From: Octopus bimaculoides
Lineage: Eukaryota
Direction: 5' to 3'
Assembly: GCF_001194135.2 (NCBI RefSeq)
Contig: NC_069002.1
Span: 28,785,208-28,827,092 of the forward strand
DNA length: 41,885 nt
Program-made: the position numbers and the translations under genes
Notes under the pieces: generated by a model
Database searches by the model: none
What the model was told of the DNA's origin: nothing
What the model saw: only the letters and a program-made list of their open reading frames with translations
Shown: piece by piece, positions 1 through 10,922 of the stretch
Numbering within the stretch: position 1 is the first letter of the stretch
Layout: the number at the start of each line of letters is the position of its first letter

Positions 1-74
1 ATTGTATTATATTTTGTTCATATTGTTATTGGTTTATGGGGAACGTATTATCACATGTTGTGGTTTGTGGTTTG

Positions 75-338
75 TTAGGGGTGTGTGTTAGTGTTCCATT
101 CTAGTTTCCTATTCAGGCTAGGTTTATCTTCTATTATGTGTGTAGCTTTTGTAATTTGTCTAAGTGCTGCGTCTGTGCTATGTGTGGATAAGATTTTAAT
201 TTCTATGTTGTTGATTGAGCCTCCATGTTCTTGCTCAGCGTGCTGGTACAGAACTGATGAGCTCTTCCCTTCCTTAAGTTCCCTCCAATGTTCATTTGCC
301 CGCTCCCCTATGCTCCTTGCTGTTTCGCTACGAAACAT
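75..338 (-). pseudogene. C-terminal remnant of a Penelope-like element GIY-YIG endonuclease
   Basis: Translation ETARSIGERANEHWRELK...SVLYQHAEQEHG...IKILS...RQITKATHIIEDKPSLN matches the PLE GIY-YIG pattern (Y)IGET.RS..ER..EH...H...R.I.EA..I....P.LN. The YIG motif is missing and the conserved Glu appears as Lys, so it is non-functional. Confidence 0.8.
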
Positions 339-415
339 ATAGAACTGCTTAAGGGCTTGGGTCGAACCCGAAACAAAAGATAAGAATTAATATATATATA
401 TATATAAGTTTATTA

Positions 416-1012
416 TATTTGCCAACTAAGTGTGGTGTCCTATACAGGACAGTGTTACTGTTTGTTGTTTATAGCCCCAGAAAGACATCTCTTCCTGCTG
501 GCTAACGACACACAGTTTGTGTTCGATTAGTATTTGCAAGGGGAGGTCCTCGCTCCCATCTCTACCTTTACGTGATACACACGGACTCTAGTTTCTGAGT
601 TGTTACTCGTCCTCAGCGTGTGTTAATCACTAACTAGTGACGAAAGCTCATTCCACTCGAAAATTACTATATACTTTTCCAGCGACTCACCGTCGCTGAT
701 CTCGTAAAAGAGAGAGATATTTTATATTAAATCTCTGAGCGAGATATAAACAGTAGTGGTACGGAATCGTAACATATATTTACCAACAGTAGCACTGTCC
801 TGTATAGGACGCCACACTTAGTTGGTAAATATTTGTTACGATTCTTTTCCGCTACTGTTTATATCTCACTCAGAGATTTAATATAACATCTCCACGAATG
901 ACCCGTCTTTCTTTGCCTGTCCTTCTAATTGTTGTTTCTCTTGTCCGCCTTTGTATCGTCTCTCTGTCTGTCCGAATGTTTCATTGTCCTCTATTGCGTT
1001 TTTGTTCCATTT
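416..1012. mobile_element. PLE-like pseudo-LTR composite with nested inverted repeats and a hammerhead
   Basis: 416-462 is the reverse complement of 787-831, and 715-787 is the reverse complement of 821-893. It contains a hammerhead at 577-623 and is bounded by (TA)n on both sides. Confidence 0.55.
577..623 (-). ncRNA. Minimal type I hammerhead ribozyme, GUC cleavage triplet
   Basis: Minus strand reads ACACACG CTGAGGA C GAGT AACA ACTC A GAAA C TAGA GTC CGTGTGT. It has a 7-bp perfect stem I, CUGANGA and GAAA cores, a 4-bp stem II and a very short stem III. Predicted cleavage is between 584 and 583. Confidence 0.8.
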
Positions 1013-1039
1013 ATATATATATATATATAATTAAATAAA

Positions 1040-1790
1040 TACAAAATACATCAAGTACAGGACATCACCAACGAGTAAAAAATACGTAAATACACGGGAG
1101 ATAAGTACAGGACAAAATATGAAGAAGTATAAAACACATAATGAGAGACAAGTACGGGACAAAATACCGAAAGAAGTCTAACCCCTCCTCAGTTGTCGAC
1201 TGTTAATCACTCTATTTCGAGCTTTCAGCGACAAGATATGAAAACTTCGTAAGACAGCAGCATCCAGAAATTTTAAATATATAAATTTATGGAGATTTGG
1301 CTTCGAACGAACAAAGAACAACAGACTGGAAGTACAAAGTAAACAACCGACGAAGACAAACATTTAGAGTCGTAAGACCAAGACGAATTGTAATGGGTGA
1401 CGTCCGGGAGAAATTCCTAGAGGAAATAGAATACATACAAGAGAAGTAAAAGAACAGAAGAGAAAAGAATGTCGGGAGGTGAGAGAAACGACGTCCAGCT
1501 CAGTGGCCCTCCCGTCCGGAAAATACAGGCGTGAGAGAAATGGTCTGTAATCACATGTGACCAAGAGGCAGAGAGGAAGGGGACAAGACAGGGGATGAGG
1601 GAAAGAAACAAAGGGAGTGAAGAGAAGCGAGAAAGAACGAAAGGCAGTAGGGAATGTGAGAAAGACAGACAGAAGACAGCAAACAAGGCGGGAGAGAACT
1701 GGGAAATATAGAGGATTATCGAGGGATAGAGAGAAAGAAAGAAAACAGTTTAGAGTCGCAGAGATTATATAAAGATGTAAGAACTTACTG
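1040..1790 (-). mobile_element. Interspersed repeat fragment, probably PLE-related non-coding region
   Basis: The block gtacaggacatcacca.cgagt.aaaa.tacgtaaa...ggacaaaat recurs at about 2295-2400 and 18585-18680. It is strongly pyrimidine-rich on the minus strand. Family identity is inferred. Confidence 0.35.
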
Positions 1791-1818
1791 TATACAAGGG
1801 TGCGTGGTGTTCGATTAT

Positions 1819-2021
1819 ACTCTTTACTCTTTTACTTGTTTCAGTCATTTGACTGCGGCCATGCTGGAGCACCGCCTTTAGTCGAGAAAATCGACCTCAG
1901 GACTTATTCTTTGTAAGCCTAGTACTTATTCTATCGGTCTCTTTTTGCCGAACCGCTGGATTACGGGGACGTAAACACATCAGTTGTCAAGCGATGGTGG
2001 GTGGGGGTGGGGGCAAACACA

Positions 2022-2095
<74 letters not shown>

Positions 2096-2271
2096 AATAT
2101 ATACACATATATACGACGGGCTTCTTTCAGTTTCCGTCTACCAAATCCACTCACAAGGCTTTGGTCATCCCAAGGCTGTAGTAGAATACACTTGTCCGAA
2201 GTGCCACGCAGTGGGACTGAACCCGGAACCATGTGGTTGGTAAGCAAGCTACTTACCACACAGCTACTCCT
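1819..2271 (-). mobile_element. Full-length tRNA-derived SINE (family A: tRNA head, internal CA/TA microsatellite, AAGAGT tail)
   Basis: Minus-strand head gtagctgtgtggtaagtagcttgcttaccaaccacatggttccgggttcagtccc has A/B-box-like motifs. Body and tail are shared with many other copies in the window. Confidence 0.85.
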
Positions 2272-2420
2272 ATAAATAAATAAAAAATATATAGTAAGTA
2301 CAGGACATCACCAGCGAGTGAAAACTACGTAAACGAACGAGAGACAAGCATAGGACAAAATGCCAAAAGAAGATAACTCCTCATCAGTTGTCGACTGTTT
2401 ATTTACCACCTGTTTCGTGC

Positions 2421-2859
2421 GTGTTTGTACCAGGCCTTAAGAAGTAAATACTGAAGTCAATTCGTTCGACTAAAGCCCTTCAAGGCGGTGCTCCAGAATG
2501 GCCGCAATTCCCTGACTGAGGCAAGAAAAATATATATGCGTGTATTTTTCTGACGTCATAAGAATTTAGAAACTTCGAGAGAACGTGAAATAACACACAC
2601 ACGCACACCCACACACACACACACATACTCATTCCAATATTTACACTATAATATCTAGCTTTTCGACGACAACCCTTAAAAAGGAGTTATTTCACGTTCT
2701 CTCGAACTTTCTAAATTCTTATGACGTCAGAAAAATGCACGCATATATATTTTTCTTGTCTCAGTCAGTGAACTGCCGCCATTCTGGAGCGCCGTCTTGA
2801 AGGGCTTTAGTCGAATGAATTGATCTCGGAACTTACTTTTTAAAGCCCAATACAAACAC
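2421..2859. repeat. Inverted repeat, about 170-bp arms (2421-2594 / 2686-2859), about 90-bp spacer
   Basis: Direct reverse-complement match, e.g. tttttctgacgtcataagaatttagaaa versus tttctaaattcttatgacgtcagaaaaa. The outer part of each arm is the SINE A tail. Confidence 0.85.
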
Positions 2860-2862
2860 ACA

Positions 2863-3195
2863 CATAAGAAATTAGACTTCTCAAAACCTGAAAGGAGAAA
2901 GCTGATTCGAAAACTAAAGATTCAAAACATCGCTGTAACTGTACAAATCTGTAAAACTTTCCAGAAATTTCTCATTTAAGTATATAGCAGTATGTGTAGA
3001 CATGCGTCTATATGCCATGAAAATTCATACATAAAACAAGACATACAAATCTGCACATGCACTGACTGCAAATACTGCACATATACACATGCATACATGT
3101 AAAAGTACCCCGTTGTTTACATTCCAATGAAGCAGCCTTGGATCTAGGTTAGAAACCGGTTCATTCTTTCTATTAATAAGAAATATTGAAAGAAA
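2863..3195 (+). mobile_element. Probable 3' end of a non-LTR retrotransposon (ORF tail plus 3' UTR)
   Basis: 2863-2979 reads HKKLDFSKPERRKLIRKLKIQNIAVTVQICKTFQKFLI*, resembling the LQK....GT..I.K.F C-terminus of restriction-like-endonuclease clades such as R4/NeSL. The assignment is from memory. Confidence 0.4.
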
Positions 3196-3535
3196 ACTTA
3201 ATTACACACACACGCCAGCTATCTGAGTACCTTATTTTTTTCTAATATATATATAAGANNNNNNNNNNNNNNNNNNNNNNNNNNNNNNNNNNNNNNNNNN
3301 NNNNNNNNNNNNNNNNNNNNNNNNNNNNNNNNNNNNNNNNNNNNNNNNNNNNNNNNNNNNNNNNNNNNNNNNNNNNNNNNNNNNNNNNNNNNNNNNNNNN
3401 NNNNNNNNNNNNNNNNNNNNNNNNNNNNNNNNNNNNNNNNNNNNNNNNNNNNNNNNNNNNNNNNNNNNNNNNNNNNNNNNNNNNNNNNNNNNNNNNNNNN
3501 NNNNNNNNNNNNNNNNNNNNNNNNNATATACATGT

Positions 3536-3698
3536 ATACGACAGGCTTCTCTCAGTTTCTGTCTACCAAATCCATTTGCAAGGCTTTGGTCGGACCGAGT
3601 CTATAGTAAAATATACTCAAGTTGTTATGCAGCGGGACTGTATCCAAAACCATGTGGTTGGGAAGCAAATTTCGTACCACACAGTCACCCCTGCTCCG
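3536..3698 (-). mobile_element. SINE family A, 5' head fragment
   Basis: Similar to 2110-2271 (cagtttc.gtctaccaaatcc...aaccatgtggttgg.aagc). Confidence 0.75.
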
Positions 3699-3781
3699 AC
3701 ATGTGTATATATATATATATATATATATACATGTGTGTGTGTGTGTGTGTATACACATGCATCTCTCTCTCTCTTTCTCTC

Positions 3782-3818
<37 letters not shown>

Positions 3819-3955
3819 GTAAAGTGGAGGTCCTCTCACTCACTACGTTTAAAAGTAAAAGCTCTGAGTAACCAGATTGACAGCCGACAAATATATACGA
3901 ATTTATCATTGAGTAAGTATTTTCTTATCTTGGAAAACAGGGAGTGTTTCTATGC

Positions 3956-4022
<67 letters not shown>

Positions 4023-4602
4023 AGGTTAGAAACGATGTTGTTTTCGTTTTGTAGGGAGGGCTAACATGTATGTAGCTGAAATATGACACTTGACGCTTTA
4101 CTTAGATCAATACTCATCAGAAACAAGCATCTATATATGTACGGCCTGCCAAGCTGCCAGCTACACACATAACGGGGAGTACAATCAAACGCTTACATCA
4201 CCAACTGCAAATTCTTCGTTCAAAACGACAGCATGAATGGAATCTTACGACGCATGTTTTTATAGTTTACTTTTTGAAGACTGCTGTTTTTGCTTCTTCC
4301 TGTCGTCTTCTCTTTCTGCCATTCTGTCTTTCTGTCTTTCCTTTTATCATTACTTAGCCAAGTTCATACTACGAATAGAACAAACCATTCTCTCGTGTTC
4401 TATATTGATTGTAACAGAGAAAATATTTTGGAGATAAGTTTACTTTGGTGTTTCTGTTGCTTTTTTCTCTTCTTTCTTGTTTTCCTTTTTCCTTTTTTTT
4501 GGGGGGGGGGCGGTAAGGTTTTGCTTAGGAATATTTGTGGAATGGCAAAAGAATCAGAGACAAAATTGAAACTTCGTCATTTTTTTTGTATCAGAGTTGA
4601 AC

Positions 4603-4764
4603 ATGTGGCTATGTGGTAAGAAAGTTTGCTTCCCAGCCACATGGTTCCGGGTTCAGTCCTACTGCGTGGCATCTTGGGCAATTGTCTTCTACCATATAGC
4701 CTCGGGTGGACAAAAACCGTGTGCGAATTTGGCAGATGGAAACTGAAAGAATCCCGTCGTATAT
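4603..4764 (+). mobile_element. SINE family A head, running into a gap
   Basis: gtggctatgtggtaagaaagtttgcttcccagccacatggttccgggttcagtcc...gaaactgaaagaatcccgtcgtatat. Confidence 0.8.
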
Positions 4765-5552
4765 NNNNNNNNNNNNNNNNNNNNNNNNNNNNNNNNNNNN
4801 NNNNNNNNNNNNNNNNNNNNNNNNNNNNNNNNNNNNNNNNNNNNNNNNNNNNNNNNNNNNNNNNNNNNNNNNNNNNNNNNNNNNNNNNNNNNNNNNNNNN
4901 NNNNNNNNNNNNNNNNNNNNNNNNNNNNNNNNNNNNNNNNNNNNNNNNNNNNNNNNNNNNNNNNNNNNNNNNNNNNNNNNNNNNNNNNNNNNNNNNNNNN
5001 NNNNNNNNNNNNNNNNNNNNNNNNNNNNNNNNNNNNNNNNNNNNNNNNNNNNNNNNNNNNNNNNNNNNNNNNNNNNNNNNNNNNNNNNNNNNNNNNNNNN
5101 NNNNNNNNNNNNNNNNNNNNNNNNNNNNNNNNNNNNNNNNNNNNNNNNNNNNNNNNNNNNNNNNNNNNNNNNNNNNNNNNNNNNNNNNNNNNNNNNNNNN
5201 NNNNNNNNNNNNNNNNNNNNNNNNNNNNNNNNNNNNNNNNNNNNNNNNNNNNNNNNNNNNNNNNNNNNNNNNNNNNNNNNNNNNNNNNNNNNNNNNNNNN
5301 NNNNNNNNNNNNNNNNNNNNNNNNNNNNNNNNNNNNNNNNNNNNNNNNNNNNNNNNNNNNNNNNNNNNNNNNNNNNNNNNNNNNNNNNNNNNNNNNNNNN
5401 NNNNNNNNNNNNNNNNNNNNNNNNNNNNNNNNNNNNNNNNNNNNNNNNNNNNNNNNNNNNNNNNNNNNNNNNNNNNNNNNNNNNNNNNNNNNNNNNNNNN
5501 NNNNNNNNNNNNNNNNNNNNNNNNNNNNNNNNNNNTATATATATATATATAA

Positions 5553-5583
<31 letters not shown>

Positions 5584-5940
5584 CTAGATTGAAGGAGTGG
5601 AACAGGTAAAATTATGCCATCTGATTCAATCCCTTAATCTGGATTTTTATTCGCATCTGTCGCAGCTTTTGTAGTTAACTGTGAGTTATACAGAAACTAT
5701 TACCTTACCGAAATTCCTTGCCACTTCGAAATGACAAAAAGTTAAAGTAAGTCTCGATGTCAATAAATTTTTTTATTGAATCTTATCGTATACTGTCTAC
5801 TTTTTGTTTTCTATACTGACTGCTTCAAGCCTACGAACTCCCTACAATCGGATCCCCGGATCATATATGTGTGCATATATGTGTGTGTGTGTGTGTGTGT
5901 TTTATACATACATACATACATGCATACGTACATACATATA

Positions 5941-6070
5941 TTCTTCTACTTCTTTCGGTCATTTTGACTGTGGCCATGCTGGAGCACCGCCTTTTTAAAC
6001 GAAGAAATCGACCCCTGGACTTATTCTTCGTAGGCCTTGTACTTATTCTATTGGTCTTCTTTGCTGAACT
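5941..6070 (-). mobile_element. SINE family A, 3' tail fragment
   Basis: gtcattttgactgtggccatgctggagcaccgcc...gacttattct matches 1843-1910. Confidence 0.8.
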
Positions 6071-6078
6071 ACATACAT

Positions 6079-6133
<55 letters not shown>

Positions 6134-7023
6134 NNNNNNNNNNNNNNNNNNNNNNNNNNNNNNNNNNNNNNNNNNNNNNNNNNNNNNNNNNNNNNNNNNN
6201 NNNNNNNNNNNNNNNNNNNNNNNNNNNNNNNNNNNNNNNNNNNNNNNNNNNNNNNNNNNNNNNNNNNNNNNNNNNNNNNNNNNNNNNNNNNNNNNNNNNN
6301 NNNNNNNNNNNNNNNNNNNNNNNNNNNNNNNNNNNNNNNNNNNNNNNNNNNNNNNNNNNNNNNNNNNNNNNNNNNNNNNNNNNNNNNNNNNNNNNNNNNN
6401 NNNNNNNNNNNNNNNNNNNNNNNNNNNNNNNNNNNNNNNNNNNNNNNNNNNNNNNNNNNNNNNNNNNNNNNNNNNNNNNNNNNNNNNNNNNNNNNNNNNN
6501 NNNNNNNNNNNNNNNNNNNNNNNNNNNNNNNNNNNNNNNNNNNNNNNNNNNNNNNNNNNNNNNNNNNNNNNNNNNNNNNNNNNNNNNNNNNNNNNNNNNN
6601 NNNNNNNNNNNNNNNNNNNNNNNNNNNNNNNNNNNNNNNNNNNNNNNNNNNNNNNNNNNNNNNNNNNNNNNNNNNNNNNNNNNNNNNNNNNNNNNNNNNN
6701 NNNNNNNNNNNNNNNNNNNNNNNNNNNNNNNNNNNNNNNNNNNNNNNNNNNNNNNNNNNNNNNNNNNNNNNNNNNNNNNNNNNNNNNNNNNNNNNNNNNN
6801 NNNNNNNNNNNNNNNNNNNNNNNNNNNNNNNNNNNNNNNNNNNNNNNNNNNNNNNNNNNNNNNNNNNNNNNNNNNNNNNNNNNNNNNNNNNNNNNNNNNN
6901 NNNNNNNNNNNNNNNNNNNNNNNNNNNNNNNNNNNNNNNNNNNNNNNNNNNNNNNNNNNNNNNNNNNNNNNNNNNNNNNNNNNNNNNNNNNNNNNNNNNN
7001 NNNNNNNNNNNNNNNNNNNNNNN

Positions 7024-8230
7024 GCGAACAATTGAAATGTAATCGATAGGTAGGACTACATACTTTAGTATTTAGTTGACATTCCCTTTGCAGTTTTTAA
7101 TTCAGAAACTCTTTTTGGCATTGAACTGATGAGCTTTGTGATTGTCTCTTGGGGAATTTCTGCCCACTTTTCACGCAACAATCGAAACAATGCATCTTTA
7201 GATTTAGGTTTCTGTCAAGTTTTTCCCATAGCTCTATCTAGTATGCTCCAAAGATTTTCAAATGGGTTCATGTCAGGAGATGACTCGGCCAAGGAAGCTT
7301 TTTGAACCCATTTTCAGTCAGCCATTGTTGATTCCTTTTCGGTGTGTGGCATGGAGCCCCATCTTCCATGAATAAAAACTCATTTTTCGTTATGTTATCG
7401 TGTAAATACATCGCAAGTAGTCCTTGCTTAAGTATTACGATGTATTCTTCAGAGTTTATGGTTCTAACACATTCGATCAGCTCAGAACGACCATTGCTGG
7501 TGACAGCTCCCCATAGCATTACAGAGATACCGCCATGTTTCACAGTTGGTTGGAGTCGTTTCAAATCAAATTCTTGATTGGGAAACCTCCAGACCCAAAC
7601 ACGTCCACTGTCTGAAAATAATGCAAATCTGGATTCATCTGAGAAAATCACTCTATCCCAAAATGAACAGGATTTTTCTGACATCTCCTTAGCCCATTTC
7701 TTTCTTTTCGTGATATTAATTGGTTGAAGGAGAGGTTTTCTTCTAGCTGCTCGTCCATAATACCCAACCTTATGTAAATAGGTAACACATGTTCTTGGAC
7801 TAACTTCTAGCTGTTTTGCAATGTCAGAAGCCTTCGAACGGGGTTCGTTTTTCACAATTCTCTTTAAACAGCGAAGCTTCCTTTCTGAGGGCCCAGGTGG
7901 GCCGGGATGAGAATCTGTTGATTCTTTTCCTTGGCTTTTGAATTGCATTATAATTCTATTAACAGTAGCAAGAGGAATTTGAAGATTTGCTGCAATTTTT
8001 CGCTGTCTAAGACCAGCCTTAGATTGCCCAACAATACGACCGCTTTGAAAATCTGACAGTTCTGCTGAATTTTTTGTGCGTGGCATGGTTACTCTTCGCA
8101 AATGTTTTATATAATGGTACCTGAAATGAAAAAGAATAATTACATTGTAAATTCCACACCGCTGAAAACATATTAAGACGCTTAGATCAGACATTTTGAA
8201 AATTAAAGGTGTCTATTGACTTCCAGCATG
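7024..8230 (-). mobile_element. Tc1-family DNA transposon (one end hidden in a gap)
   Basis: Contains the transposase below. The possible TIR-like end (minus strand catgctggaagtcaatagacacc) abuts (TG)n at about 8230. The partner TIR would lie in the N gap 6134-7023. Confidence 0.8.
7065..8086 (-). pseudogene. Tc1-like DD34E transposase, frameshifted
   Basis: Starts MPRTKNSAELSDFQSGRIVG (ATG at 8086). It has paired-like HTH, GYYGRAARRKPLL, VIFSDESRF, VKHGGISVMLWG and FMEDGAPCH motifs. A 1-nt deletion in WPS(Q)SPD restores SPDMNPFENLW with exactly 34 residues between D and E. One in-frame TGA lies at about 7215-7217, and the natural end is STKY* at 7065. Confidence 0.92.
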
Positions 8231-9470
8231 TGTGTATGTGTCTCTGTGTGTTTGTGTGTGTGCGTGCATATGTGTAGATTGTTTGAAGATTTTATATATT
8301 NNNNNNNNNNNNNNNNNNNNNNNNNNNNNNNNNNNNNNNNNNNNNNNNNNNNNNNNNNNNNNNNNNNNNNNNNNNNNNNNNNNNNNNNNNNNNNNNNNNN
8401 NNNNNNNNNNNNNNNNNNNNNNNNNNNNNNNNNNNNNNNNNNNNNNNNNNNNNNNNNNNNNNNNNNNNNNNNNNNNNNNNNNNNNNNNNNNNNNNNNNNN
8501 NNNNNNNNNNNNNNNNNNNNNNNNNNNNNNNNNNNNNNNNNNNNNNNNNNNNNNNNNNNNNNNNNNNNNNNNNNNNNNNNNNNNNNNNNNNNNNNNNNNN
8601 NNNNNNNNNNNNNNNNNNNNNNNNNNNNNNNNNNNNNNNNNNNNNNNNNNNNNNNNNNNNNNNNNNNNNNNNNNNNNNNNNNNNNNNNNNNNNNNNNNNN
8701 NNNNNNNNNNNNNNNNNNNNNNNNNNNNNNNNNNNNNNNNNNNNNNNNNNNNNNNNNNNNNNNNNNNNNNNNNNNNNNNNNNNNNNNNNNNNNNNNNNNN
8801 NNNNNNNNNNNNNNNNNNNNNNNNNNNNNNNNNNNNNNNNNNNNNNNNNNNNNNNNNNNNNNNNNNNNNNNNNNNNNNNNNNNNNNNNNNNNNNNNNNNN
8901 NNNNNNNNNNNNNNNNNNNNNNNNNNNNNNNNNNNNNNNNNNNNNNNNNNNNNNNNNNNNNNNNNNNNNNNNNNNNNNNNNNNNNNNNNNNNNNNNNNNN
9001 NNNNNNNNNNNNNNNNNNNNNNNNNNNNNNNNNNNNNNNNNNNNNNNNNNNNNNNNNNNNNNNNNNNNNNNNNNNNNNNNNNNNNNNNNNNNNNGAGTAG
9101 CTATATTTTTGAATAGAACTTATTTTAGATAATTTCAATTGATTTTAATCGATTTAAATTTCTTTTCTATTTGAAAATTGGTTATGAAACACGTGTAATC
9201 TTTTTATTATATTTATCTTATGATATTTACTTTACTTTATATTATACTCATTTATTGTGCTTTTAATTATTAATTTTTCTATATGTGATAGTGGATTTTC
9301 ATCGATGAGTTCTTGAAAATTGGTTATTTTCCCTAAAACTATATATATTTTATATATACTTTATCTATAAGGCTCAATTTAATTTTTTATAAATTGATTT
9401 TAATTGAGTTTTTTACCTGTAATTTTGGATTTTGTCCCTAATAATATTATTATATATATATATATATATA

Positions 9471-9869
9471 TGTTTCAGTCATTAGACTGCGGCCATGCTG
9501 GGACACTGCCTTATATTTTTAGTCGAATGAATCAATCCCAGTACTTATTTTTTAAGCTTGGTACTTATTCTATCGGTTTCTTTTGCCGAACCGCTACATT
9601 ACGGGCACATAAACACACCACCACCGGTCGTCAAGTGGTTATGAGGGGACGAACACAGGCACACACGCGCGCACATACAAACGCACATACAAACACACAT
9701 ATATATACACCGGATTTCTTTCAGTTTCCGTCTACCATATCCACTCACAAGGCCTTGGTCGGCCCGACACTATAGTAGAAGACATTTGCCTAAGATGCGA
9801 TGCAGTGGGACTGAACCTGGAACTATGTAGTTGGGAAGCAAGCTTCTTACCACACGCTACGTCTGCGCC

Positions 9870-9870
<1 letters not shown>
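9471..9870 (-). mobile_element. Near full-length SINE family A
   Basis: Tail, microsatellite spacer and tRNA-like head are colinear with 1819-2271. Confidence 0.85.
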
Positions 9871-9900
<30 letters not shown>

Positions 9901-10070
9901 ATAGATATTAAGAAATTTGGGATTTGCGGAGGGTTAAAGTTGGTAACAAAAACAGTGTTAGGTGTGATGTATAGAAATTGGATATTGAAAAAAATGTCGT
10001 CAGAATTTTTTTAAAATAACGAAGAAATAAAAAGATTTGTTTTCCAAACTTCTGACGGCTTTTTTTCTCA

Positions 10071-10103
<33 letters not shown>

Positions 10104-10104
<1 letters not shown>

Positions 10105-10268
10105 GCGATGGACATCTTTCACTTTCTGTCTCCAAATCCACTCACAAAGCTTTGGTCGGCCCGAGGCTATAGAAGAAGACACTTGCCCAAGGTGCCACGC
10201 AGTGGGATTGAACCCAGAACCATGTGATTGGGAAGCTAGCTTCTTACCACACAGCCACGCCAGCACCT
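10104..10268 (-). mobile_element. SINE family A head
   Basis: ccaaatccactcacaaagctttggtcggcccgaggctatagaagaagacacttgcccaaggtgccacgcagtgggattgaaccc. Confidence 0.85.
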
Positions 10269-10585
10269 AGCTGGTTAAAAAGAAAAATTTTTATCCTTTT
10301 CGTAATGATAAAAATGAAATTCACTTGAGTGAAATTCGTACTGAGAACGTAAATCATATTGTCCGTTGCTCTACCGATTAGGCTGGTTTACAACGCTCTA
10401 GAGTATCATATATCCATGGACGGCTGGATGGGGCCGTTTATTGTTTGTATCTGTAGTCCTTGGTACATTTGAGCAAGTGACTAAATATCTCCACATGTTG
10501 AGAAATGCATGTTCCAAAATTACACACACAAACACACACACATAGACTCTCACACATAGATATTCCCACACATACACATAAACGC

Positions 10586-10750
10586 GGGGATGGATTGGCG
10601 GTAAAGAAATTGTGTCCGTAACTGCTTGGTTTCGCGCTCAGTCACACTTTGTGGCACCTTAAACAAGTATCTTCTAATGAATTCCCTGGACAACCAATGA
10701 TTTGTGAGTGAATTTAGTTGGCAGAAACTGAGTGGAAGCCCGTTGTATAC
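10586..10750 (+). mobile_element. Diverged SINE family A head
   Basis: gtggcaccttaaacaagtatcttcta...tttgtgagtgaatttagttggcagaaactg..gaagcccgttgtat. Confidence 0.65.
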
Positions 10751-10855
10751 ATACAGTTCGAAGGCGATGTCAAACATACATACATGCAGTTATACATACA
10801 TATATACATACACACACACATATATAGTTATACACACGCATGCGCATACACACAC

Positions 10856-10918
<63 letters not shown>

Positions 10919-10922
10919 CATA

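Noticed and set aside
345-374. Hammerhead-like CTGCTTA A GGG...CCC GAAAC on the plus strand
   Set aside because: Two core substitutions, no NUH triplet and no stem I; at most a relic.
1170-1230. GAAA...GTCGACAA CTGAGGA motif on the minus strand (also about 2370-2420)
   Set aside because: Cannot be folded as type I, II or III: stem I or III is missing and the stem II-like hairpin is not followed by GAAA.
3120-3165. Hairpin followed by GAAACCGGT palindrome
   Set aside because: The upstream core is CCAATGA, not CUGANGA, and there is no stem I pairing.
8087-8194. N-terminal extension of the Tc1 ORF given in the ORF track
   Set aside because: Tc1 homology begins at MPRTK (8086); the upstream codons are probably 5' UTR.
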